This document shows positions 54,333 to 61,889 of a DNA stretch of 64,000 bases, in pieces. Location of the stretch: positions 9,473-73,472 of the forward strand of contig CAYQRM010000046.1 in NCBI GenBank assembly GCA_964419785.1, written 5' to 3'. The notes under the pieces were generated by a model that saw only the letters and a program-made list of their open reading frames with translations, was not told where the DNA came from and ran no database searches. The DNA comes from an uncultured Solibacteraceae bacterium (lineage in GTDB: Bacteria > Acidobacteriota > Vicinamibacteria > Vicinamibacterales > SCN-69-37). How positions within the stretch are numbered: the first letter of the stretch is position 1; each line of letters begins with the position of its first letter. A program made the translations under genes and the position numbers.

Positions 54333-55412
54333 ATGACCGACTCGCATCCCGAGATCGACAAAATCCGCGCGCGGTTTCTCGAGGCCATGGCCGCCGTCAA
54401 GACGACGGCGGACCTGAAAGCCGTGCGCGACGGCTTTGTGGGGCGCACGAAGGGCGAGCTCAACACCGCGCTCAAACAGATTTCCTTTCAGCCGCCGGCA
54501 ATGCGGCCGGCGTTCGGCGCGGCCGCCAACGCGCTCAAGCGCGAGATCGAGCAGACGCTCGAGCTGCGCGAGCTCGAGCTCGTCGCCCAGATGCCCGCGG
54601 CCGGCGGCGTGGACATCACGCTGCCCGGCCGGCTGCCGCTCGTCGGCCGGCGGCATCCGCTCACGCAAGTTCGCGAGCGCGTCGAAGACATCTTCCTCGC
54701 GATGGGCTATCAGGTCATCGAGGGCCCGGAGATCGAGGACGACTGGCACAACTTCGAAGCACTCAACATGCCGCACGAGCATCCCGCGCGGGATATGCAG
54801 GACACCTTGTACCTGGCTTCGCCTGGAAGTCCGGGCGACTTGAGAAGCGCGGGTGACTCGCGAAGTCCGCGCGCTGGAACGCTGCTCAGGACGCACACGT
54901 CGGGCATGCAGATTCGCTACATGGAATCGAACCCGCCGCCGGTGCGCGTGATCGCGCCGGGGCGCGTGTACCGGCGCGACAACTTCGACGCGACGCACAC
55001 GCCGATGTTCACGCAGGTCGAGGGCCTGGTCGTCGACGAGGGCATCAGCCTCGGCGACCTCAAGGGCACGCTCAACGCGTTCGCCGAGCGCTTTTTCGAG
55101 GGCAAGGTCAAGACGCGCTTTCGCCCGAGCTTCTTCCCGTACACCGAGCCCTCGGCCGAAATGGACGTCGAGTGCCAGGGCTGTCACGGCAAGGGCTGCG
55201 GCCTCTGCAAGCACACGGGTTGGATGGAGATTCTCGGCTGCGGCATGGTGCATCCCGCCGTCTTCGAGAACGTCGGATACGACGCGGAGAAGTACACCGG
55301 CTTCGCGTTCGGCGTCGGCATGGAGCGCCTCGCGCTGCGGCTCTACGGCGTCGACGACATCCGGATGTTCTTCGAGAACGACCTGCGCTTCCTCGAGCAG
55401 CTCGCGCCATGA
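54333..55412 (+). CDS. pheS: Phenylalanine--tRNA ligase alpha subunit
   Basis: HPLTQV, GPEIEDDWHNFEALN, LLRTHTSGMQIRYM, FRPSFFPYTEPSAEMDV, GCGMVHP. Contains an in-frame 3x18-nt repeat at 54827-54880. Confidence 0.96.
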   Translation: MTDSHPEIDKIRARFLEAMAAVKTTADLKAVRDGFVGRTKGELNTALKQISFQPPAMRPAFGAAANALKREIEQTLELRELELVAQMPAAGGVDITLPGRLPLVGRRHPLTQVRERVEDIFLAMGYQVIEGPEIEDDWHNFEALNMPHEHPARDMQDTLYLASPGSPGDLRSAGDSRSPRAGTLLRTHTSGMQIRYMESNPPPVRVIAPGRVYRRDNFDATHTPMFTQVEGLVVDEGISLGDLKGTLNAFAERFFEGKVKTRFRPSFFPYTEPSAEMDVECQGCHGKGCGLCKHTGWMEILGCGMVHPAVFENVGYDAEKYTGFAFGVGMERLALRLYGVDDIRMFFENDLRFLEQLAP

Positions 55413-57430
55413 AGGTGCCGGTCTCCTGGCTGCGCGAGTTCGCCGCCATTCCCGCTGAAGCGTCGACCGTCGCCGCGCGCATGGCCGCGTGCGGATTCGC
55501 CGTCGACGGGATCAGCGGCGACGTCATCGATTTCGACGTCACCGCCAACCGCCCCGACTGTCTCAGCGTGTACGGTCTGGCGCGCGAGGCAGCGACCGCG
55601 TTCGACGTGGACCTGACGGCGCCCGATCTCGTCCCGACGCCCGACGGCGCGACTTCGGTCAAAGTCTCCATCGGCGATCCCGGGTGCGCGCGGTACGCGA
55701 TGTTCGTCGCCGACGTGACCGTCGGGCCGTCTCCCGAGTGGATGACCGCGCGGCTCGCGGCCGCCGGCGTCCGTCCCATCAACAACGTCGTCGACATCAC
55801 GAACTACGTGCTCATCGAGCTCGGCCATCCGATGCACGCGTTCGACGTGTCGAAGCTCGCTGGCGCGGAGATTCACGTCCGGCGCGCCCGCTCGGGCGAG
55901 AAGCTGACGACGCTCGACGGACAGCATCGAGCGCTCGACGAGTCGATGCTGGTCATCGCCGACAAGGAGAAGCCGGTGGCGATCGCCGGCGTAATGGGCG
56001 GCGCCGATTCCGAGGTGTCCGCCGGCACGACGCGGATCGCGCTCGAGAGCGCCTGGTTCCGTCCCGCGACGGTGCGGGCGACGAGCAAGAAACTTGGACT
56101 CAAGACCGAGGCGTCGGCGCGGTTCGAGCGCGGCGCCGACCTCGGCGCACCGGTTCGCGCGCTCGCACGGGTGCGCGCGCTGCTCGAAAAGACCGGCACC
56201 GGCCGCGTCGTCGGTCCGGTGAGCGACGTGTTTCCGCACGCGGTGCCCGCTCGCAACGTCGTCTTGGACCGGACGCACCTCGCTCGCCTGCTCGGCGATT
56301 CCGTGCCCGACCAGGACGTCCATCGCATCCTCACTCGCCTGGGTTTCGCGGTCACGCCGGTAGCCACTGGCTGGTCCGCAACCGTCCCGTCGTACCGCGT
56401 CGACGTGACGCGCGAGGCGGACCTCATCGAAGAGGTCGGCCGGCATTGGGGATTCGATCGCATTCCGGCATCGTTCCCGGCGCTTCGAACCGCGCCTCGC
56501 CCGTCGGCTCCGGCGATGGAGCGCGCGAGACTGCTTCGCCGGCTGTTGTGCGGCGCGGGCCTGCAGGAAGCGGTGACGTTCACGTTCATCGAGGACAGCT
56601 GGGCCGCGGCGTTTGCCGCCGACGATGCCCGGGTGACGCTTTCGAACCCGCTGTCCGAGAAGTTCGCGACGCTTCGCCCGTCGCTCGCGCCGGGACTGGT
56701 CGATTCGCTCGCGCACAGCCGGCGCCGCGAGGCGACCGACGTCCGATTGTTCGAGATTGGCACCGTGTTCTCGCGGGATCGCGGCGAGGAGCAGCGCGTT
56801 GGCTGGGTGCTGACCGGGTCACGCGCCGAGCACTGGAGCGGGACCGCCGGCCCGATCGGCTTCGAGGACACGAAGGGCGTCGCGTCGGTCATCGCCAGCA
56901 GCTTCGACCGCGAGCTCGAGGTGGCTGACGGGTCGTCGCTCGCGTGGTGCGTGAACGGCCGGCGCGCTGCGCTTCTCATCGGCGGCCAGGTCGCCGGATG
57001 GATCGGGCAGCTGTCGGCCACGCGCGGACTCGGCGCGCTCGACGAGATTTTCGCCGGAGAGGTGTCGCTCGACGCGCTCGGCCCGGGCGCACCGGCGATC
57101 CGGCCCATCGCGGCGCTGCCGCGCTACCCGTCCGTCGTTCGGGACCTGTCGATTGTCATCTCAGACCGCTTGCCTGCCGCGGAGGTTCGTGGCACGATCC
57201 GACGCAACGCGACGGCGACGCTGGTCGCCGTGCGAGAGTTCGATCGGTACCAGGGCCGGGGCGTGCCAGCCGGACATCTGAGTCTGTCGCTGCGCCTCAC
57301 GTTCCGCGGCGCCGATCGCACGCTGACCGACGCGGAAGTGCAGCACGCCGTCGACGCAATCGTCGCGGCGCTCGTGCGCGAGCACGGCGCGGTGTTGCGC
57401 GGCGCTTCCGCCGGTCCCGGAACGGAGTGA
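55409..57430 (+). CDS. pheT: Phenylalanine--tRNA ligase beta subunit (short form lacking the OB-fold tRNA-binding domain)
   Basis: MKVPVSWLREF..., then VDGISGDVIDFDVTANRPDCLS with no intervening tRNA_bind domain. B3/4, B5 and the C-terminal FDX-ACB-like region are present. ATGA overlap with pheS. Confidence 0.93.
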   Translation: MKVPVSWLREFAAIPAEASTVAARMAACGFAVDGISGDVIDFDVTANRPDCLSVYGLAREAATAFDVDLTAPDLVPTPDGATSVKVSIGDPGCARYAMFVADVTVGPSPEWMTARLAAAGVRPINNVVDITNYVLIELGHPMHAFDVSKLAGAEIHVRRARSGEKLTTLDGQHRALDESMLVIADKEKPVAIAGVMGGADSEVSAGTTRIALESAWFRPATVRATSKKLGLKTEASARFERGADLGAPVRALARVRALLEKTGTGRVVGPVSDVFPHAVPARNVVLDRTHLARLLGDSVPDQDVHRILTRLGFAVTPVATGWSATVPSYRVDVTREADLIEEVGRHWGFDRIPASFPALRTAPRPSAPAMERARLLRRLLCGAGLQEAVTFTFIEDSWAAAFAADDARVTLSNPLSEKFATLRPSLAPGLVDSLAHSRRREATDVRLFEIGTVFSRDRGEEQRVGWVLTGSRAEHWSGTAGPIGFEDTKGVASVIASSFDRELEVADGSSLAWCVNGRRAALLIGGQVAGWIGQLSATRGLGALDEIFAGEVSLDALGPGAPAIRPIAALPRYPSVVRDLSIVISDRLPAAEVRGTIRRNATATLVAVREFDRYQGRGVPAGHLSLSLRLTFRGADRTLTDAEVQHAVDAIVAALVREHGAVLRGASAGPGTE

Positions 57431-57433
57431 CCG

Positions 57434-57709
57434 ATGGCACGCACCGCCACAGCCGTAGATTTACAGCCGATCGACCGACTCGAAGAAAAAGTCCGACAAC
57501 TGGTATTGATGATTGACAGCCTGCGCGCCGATCGCTCGAAAGCGCTCGACGAGGTCGCGCGGCTGGAGCGCGAGGTCGACGCGGCGCGCGCGCGCCTCAC
57601 CGAGGCGTCGGGCGCCTCGGCCGAGGTCGCGACGCTGCGCGAGGAGCGCGAGCTCATCCGCAATCGCGTCGTCCAGATGATCGCGCAAATCGACAAGCTC
57701 AACCTCTGA
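57434..57709 (+). CDS. Coiled-coil ZapB-like / TIGR02449-like protein
   Basis: 91-aa heptad-rich sequence (LEEKVRQLVLMIDSLRADRSKALDEVARLEREVDAARARL...). Its position immediately upstream of zapA matches other phyla. Confidence 0.55.
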   Translation: MARTATAVDLQPIDRLEEKVRQLVLMIDSLRADRSKALDEVARLEREVDAARARLTEASGASAEVATLREERELIRNRVVQMIAQIDKLNL

Positions 57710-57729
57710 CCCGGCGCCCATGGAGAGCA

Positions 57730-58041
57730 ATGAGTAGCCGCGTCGTTCACGTCGACATCCACGGCCAGCGTTACGCCGTGCGGAGCGACCTCGACCCGCA
57801 GTACATCGGCGAGCTGGCGGCCTATCTCGACGACAAGATGCTTCTCGCCGCGCGCGAGCTCACGAGCTCCGACCCGCTGCGCGTCGCGGTCATCGCCGCG
57901 CTCAACGTCGTCGACGAGCTCTTCCGCGCGCGCGCGAGCACTGACGAAGCGGCGGGCGAATGGTCGTCGCGCGCCGCCGTCATCGAGCAGCTCGTCGACG
58001 CCGTCCTCGTCGACGCGCAAAAGCGGGCCGTGAATCAATAG
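57730..58041 (+). CDS. zapA: Cell division protein ZapA
   Basis: VVHVDIHGQRYAVRSDLDPQYIGELAAYLDDKM...DPLRVAVIAALNVVDELF. Confidence 0.85.
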   Translation: MSSRVVHVDIHGQRYAVRSDLDPQYIGELAAYLDDKMLLAARELTSSDPLRVAVIAALNVVDELFRARASTDEAAGEWSSRAAVIEQLVDAVLVDAQKRAVNQ

Positions 58042-58043
58042 GG

Positions 58044-58135
58044 CATCGTCCGAGATCCGAAGTCCGAGGTCCGGAGTTGATGTGTCGTCCGAAGTTACGG
58101 GGACCGCGGACTCCGGACTACGGACCCCGACGACG
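58044..58135. repeat. Imperfect inverted repeat of GTCCG/AGTCCGGA words downstream of zapA
   Basis: GTCCGGAGT (58069-58077) pairs with ACTCCGGAC (58110-58118); the flanking pairing is imperfect. Word content resembles 17138-17216. Confidence 0.6.
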
Positions 58136-58151
58136 TCTGTTACTATGGTGT

Positions 58152-58326
58152 CCCTGCTTTGCTCGTGATTGGTTCGGAGCGTCGCTTGAGCCAACGTTCT
58201 ACAACGAAGTGAGCTGCGACGCCGCGTGGTGTGCACGCCTCCGCAGTGAGGAAGCCTGAAGCGCGGCTGCAAGCGGCTCCACCTGCTATGCAGGTTCAAA
58301 CGACCTCCCCACACGGCAAAGCGGGG
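58152..58326 (+). ncRNA. ssrS: 6S RNA (SsrS) candidate
   Basis: Non-coding gap after zapA, the conserved zapA-ssrS synteny. Closing stem CCCTGCTTTGC/GCAAAGCGGGG, then CGTG/CACG, GGAG/CTCC, GTCG/CGAC, TTGAGCC/GGTTCAA, a central asymmetric region, an apical stem CTGCG...GCGTG-loop-CACGC...CGCAG and a T-rich tail. Confidence 0.6.
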
Positions 58327-58366
58327 TTTCTTGTTTCCCTCCACTCCACATTCGCACGGCGGACAC

Positions 58367-59377
58367 GTGCGTAACGAAACCGTCGCCTCCGCTGGCGAGC
58401 ACGCGCTCATCGAACGCGTCCGCGCGCGTGCCGGCGCGCCGCCCGCCTGGGTCACCGTCGGCATCGGCGACGATGCCGCCGTCATCGAGCCGGAGCGCGG
58501 CACGTCGATCGTCGTCACAACCGACACGCTCGTCGAAGGCGTGCACTTCCGGCGCGACTGGACGCCCGCCGGAGCGGTGGGCCACAAGGCGCTCGCCGTC
58601 AGTTTGAGCGACCTGGCGGCGATGGGCGCGACGCCGCGCGCCTCGCTCCTCTCGCTCGCACTGCCCGCCGATCTTCCGCTCGCCGACTTCGACGCGCTCG
58701 TCGAGGCGTTCGTCGCGCTCGCCAACCGTTCCGGCGCCCCGCTCGTGGGCGGTAACTTGACGCGGACGACGGGACCGCTTGTGGCCGACTCAACGGCCTT
58801 CGGGTCGGTTCGCCCGCGGCGTCTGATGCGCCGGAGCGGCGGCCGTCCTGGCGACGAGCTATACCTGACAGGCGCGATTGGCGCAGCGGCCGCAGGGCTC
58901 GCGATGCTCCAGGCAGGCGTCGATCGCACGACGCTGTCGGCGGACGAAGCCGACGCCGTCCAGCGGTACGAGCGACCCGACGCGCGGCTCCGCTGCGGCA
59001 CGGCCATCGCCCGCGCGCGGGCTGCCACCGCGTGCATCGACCTGTCTGACGGTCTGGCCGACGCCGTGCGACAGATCGCCCAGGCCGGCGGCACGGGGGC
59101 GGTCGTTCTCGCCGACGCGCTTCCGTTGCATCCAGGCGTCCGCACATGGGCCGAGCGCGAGCACCGCGACGCCACCCGCGTCGCCATTACCGGCGGCGAG
59201 GACTATGAGTTGCTGTTCGCCGTGCGCCCGCGCCAGCGGCGCGCATTCCTGACCGCCGCCCGCCGCTGCTCGGGCCTGCCGCTGACCTTGATCGGTAAGC
59301 TGACCGCTGAGCCTGGCGTCTCATTGGACCGAAACGGCACCGTCGAGCCGCTTGGTGCCGGGTTCACCCACTTCTGA
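58367..59377 (+). CDS. thiL: Thiamine-monophosphate kinase
   Basis: GEHALIERV, GIGDDAAVIE, VTTDTLVEGVHF, GGNLT, DLSDGL, GGEDYELLF. GTG 58367 preferred; the track TTG at 58331 abuts the 6S candidate tail. Confidence 0.92.
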   Translation: MRNETVASAGEHALIERVRARAGAPPAWVTVGIGDDAAVIEPERGTSIVVTTDTLVEGVHFRRDWTPAGAVGHKALAVSLSDLAAMGATPRASLLSLALPADLPLADFDALVEAFVALANRSGAPLVGGNLTRTTGPLVADSTAFGSVRPRRLMRRSGGRPGDELYLTGAIGAAAAGLAMLQAGVDRTTLSADEADAVQRYERPDARLRCGTAIARARAATACIDLSDGLADAVRQIAQAGGTGAVVLADALPLHPGVRTWAEREHRDATRVAITGGEDYELLFAVRPRQRRAFLTAARRCSGLPLTLIGKLTAEPGVSLDRNGTVEPLGAGFTHF

Positions 59378-59478
59378 CGGCCCAGGCGACAAGGACCCGC
59401 GGACTTTGGGCGGAAATTGTGTCCGCGCCGAGGCCGATCTGATTCTGTAATCCCTTTATTTTCAATTACTTGATTGTC

Positions 59479-59496
59479 ATTGTCCTGGAGGACAAT
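59479..59496 (+). promoter_or_regulatory. Perfect 7-4-7 palindrome ATTGTCC-TGGA-GGACAAT in the AT-rich leader of the 3D-domain gene
   Basis: Lies in the AT-rich tract 59441-59500, ~50 nt upstream of ATG 59548. Could be an operator or an RNA hairpin. Confidence 0.35.
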
Positions 59497-59547
59497 TTGC
59501 TCCCCTTTCGACGCGTCAAAGGGTAGGCTAGGGGTGTCCCTGACGCG

Positions 59548-60021
59548 ATGTTTCTCTCACGCTCGTTCCGGCGGAAGCTATTGGCGACGGCGCTCACGGC
59601 GGTCGCGCTGGTCCTGCTCTACGACGCGACCGTCATGGACTCCCGGTACAACGGTGGCCTCGACGCGGCCGCTGCCGGCACCGGCAAAGTCGCCGCGGGC
59701 GCGCGCCTGGACTTCGTTGCCACGGCCTACTGCCGGGGCCAGACGACGGCCTCGGGCGTGGACGTGCAGGCCGGCATTGCCGCCGCCGACGAGGCGCTCC
59801 TGCCGGAGGGGTCGGTCGTCTCGGTGGCGGGCGTCCCCGAGCAGTACCGAGGGATTTACACCGTGATGGACACGGGGCCCAAGGTCCTCGGCAAGCACGT
59901 CGACCTCTATATGTGGAATTGCGACGAGGCCGTCGACTTTGGCCGGCGGGACATCGTCCTGACGGTGCTCCGGCTTGGCTGGAGCCCGAAGAACACGGCG
60001 CCGGCGATCAAGACGCCGTAG
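59548..60021 (+). CDS. 3D (Asp-Asp-Asp) domain protein, membrane-anchored cell-wall-associated
   Basis: N-terminal TM, then FVATAYCRGQTTASGVDVQAGIAAAD...LPEGSVV...YTVMDTGPKVLGKHVDLYM. Confidence 0.8.
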   Translation: MFLSRSFRRKLLATALTAVALVLLYDATVMDSRYNGGLDAAAAGTGKVAAGARLDFVATAYCRGQTTASGVDVQAGIAAADEALLPEGSVVSVAGVPEQYRGIYTVMDTGPKVLGKHVDLYMWNCDEAVDFGRRDIVLTVLRLGWSPKNTAPAIKTP

Positions 60022-61795
60022 CGGGTCCGGCCAGGACCTGATCCCGAAACTGCAGCTGATAGAGCCGATGATAGAGGCCGCGGCGGGCCAGGAGCTCCTG
60101 GTGCGTGCCGCTCTCGCGCAGCTCGCCTTTGTGCAGGACGAGGATGCGGTCCATGTCCTGGATGGTGGAGAGCCGATGCGCGATGGCCAGCGTCGTGCGG
60201 CCGGCCATCAGGACCTTCAGCGCGTCCTGAATCAGCGCTTCGGTCGCGGTGTCGATGTTGGACGTCGCTTCGTCGAGCACGAGCACGGACGGCTCGAACG
60301 CGAGCGCGCGAGCGAACGCCAGGAGCTGCTTCTGCCCTGTCGACAGCGTCGCGCCGCGCTCGACGACCGGTGCGTCGTAACCACCAGGCAGCGCCTCGAT
60401 GAACGGCGCGGCGTGGACGGCCCTCGCCGCGCGCCTGACGGCCTCATCGTCGATGTCCGCGCGTCCGAGCCGGATGTTGCTGGCGATCGTGCCTGAGAAC
60501 ATGTGCACGTCCTGCAGCACGAGGCCGACGAGACCGCGCACCTCCGCCAAGTCCATCTCTCGGATATCGACGCCGTCCACGAGGATTCGCCCGCGGTTCA
60601 CTTCGTAGAACCGCAGCAACAGGCTCACGAGCGTCGTCTTGCCCGAGCCGGTCGCGCCGACGATTCCCAGGCGCTGGCCCGGCTCGACGACGAACGAGAC
60701 GTCGCGGAGGACGAAATGATCGCCGTCGTACGCAAACCACACGTGATCGAACTCGATACGTCCGCGCGCCGAGGCCGTCCGTCGCGCCGGCACCGCGGGC
60801 GTCATGATGTCGACTGGCGTGTCGAGGAGCGTGAAAATTCGCTCGGACGCGACCATCGCGGCCTGCAGGATGTTGAACTTCTCGGACAAGTCGCTGATCG
60901 GCTGGAAGAATCGCCGCGAGTACTGCAGGAACGCGACGAGCACGCCGACGCTGACGATGCCCTCCTGCGACCACCAGCCGCCGATCCAGATGATGAGCGC
61001 GCCAGAAAGCGCGGCGAGGATTTCGATCGCCGGATAGAAGACGGCGTAGAAGAAGATGGACGCGATGTTGACGTCGCGATGGCGCGCGTTGATCGCGTCG
61101 AACTTCTGGAACGTCCGGGGCTCCTCGGCAAAGAGCTGCACGGTCGAAATGCCGGTAATGTGTTCCTGCAAGAACGCGTTCAGCCGCGCGATCAGGCCGC
61201 GGATCTCTCGGTAGGCTTCACGCGCGTTCTTTCTGAACCACGCCGTCACCCACGCGATGCCCGGCAAGACGACGAACGCGACGAGTGCGAGCCGCCAGCT
61301 CATCACGAGCATCGCGATCATGATGCCGGTGAGCGTCAGCACGTCGCCGAAGACAGTGATGACGCCCGACGCGAACAGATCGTTGAGCGCGTCGACGTCG
61401 CTGGTCACGCGCGTCATCAGCCGGCCGACGGGGTTGCGATCGAAGAACTTGAGGTCCAGCCGCTGCAGGTGACCGTAGACCTCCATGCGGAGCGTATGCA
61501 TGATCCGCTGCCCCGTCGTCTGGAGGATGAACGTCTGGAGGTAGTCACACGCAAAGCCAAACACGAGCAGCGCCACGAAGAACATCGTGAGCCGCAGCAA
61601 TCCGGCGGCGTTGCCGGTCGTGATGAACTTGTCGATCGCCTGCTGCGTGAGCCACGGCTGCGCGAGGTCGACGAGCGCGCCTCCGACGATCGCGAGAAAC
61701 GCGATCGACACGGCGGCCACGTGCGGCTGTAGATACACGAGCAGCCGCCGCATGAGGCGTGAGTCGTACGCTTTGCCGACGATGTCTTCGTTCAT
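60008..61795 (-). CDS. ABC exporter, fused permease/ATPase (type I, MsbA-like), heterodimer partner 2
   Basis: 6 TM region. Walker A GATGSGKTTL, signature LSTGQKQLLAFARA, Walker B VLVLDEATS. Confidence 0.92.
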   Translation of the reverse strand: MNEDIVGKAYDSRLMRRLLVYLQPHVAAVSIAFLAIVGGALVDLAQPWLTQQAIDKFITTGNAAGLLRLTMFFVALLVFGFACDYLQTFILQTTGQRIMHTLRMEVYGHLQRLDLKFFDRNPVGRLMTRVTSDVDALNDLFASGVITVFGDVLTLTGIMIAMLVMSWRLALVAFVVLPGIAWVTAWFRKNAREAYREIRGLIARLNAFLQEHITGISTVQLFAEEPRTFQKFDAINARHRDVNIASIFFYAVFYPAIEILAALSGALIIWIGGWWSQEGIVSVGVLVAFLQYSRRFFQPISDLSEKFNILQAAMVASERIFTLLDTPVDIMTPAVPARRTASARGRIEFDHVWFAYDGDHFVLRDVSFVVEPGQRLGIVGATGSGKTTLVSLLLRFYEVNRGRILVDGVDIREMDLAEVRGLVGLVLQDVHMFSGTIASNIRLGRADIDDEAVRRAARAVHAAPFIEALPGGYDAPVVERGATLSTGQKQLLAFARALAFEPSVLVLDEATSNIDTATEALIQDALKVLMAGRTTLAIAHRLSTIQDMDRILVLHKGELRESGTHQELLARRGLYHRLYQLQFRDQVLAGPATAS

Positions 61796-61889
61796 AGCTG
61801 TGTCGGTGTCTGGTGCTCAGGTCAGCGGATCGCTTCGAACAGGTCTGTGGGGTCAGGCCCCGGCTCGCGCCACTGAGGCCAGACCCCGA

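Noticed and set aside
58141-58146. TACTAT as the -10 element of a dedicated 6S RNA promoter.
   Set aside because: No acceptable -35 hexamer lies 16-18 nt upstream (CTACGG or ACTACG). The RNA may instead be processed from the zapA transcript, so I did not annotate a promoter.
59378-59547. ydaO (c-di-AMP) riboswitch upstream of the 3D-domain gene, a TPP riboswitch near thiL, and a yybP-ykoY Mn riboswitch for TerC.
   Set aside because: I could not find the conserved cores by eye (no ACGGGG/CCGA ydaO-type cores, no CUGAGA…ACCUGA TPP core). TerC has no upstream non-coding region (4-nt overlap with the preceding gene). This needs covariance-model confirmation.
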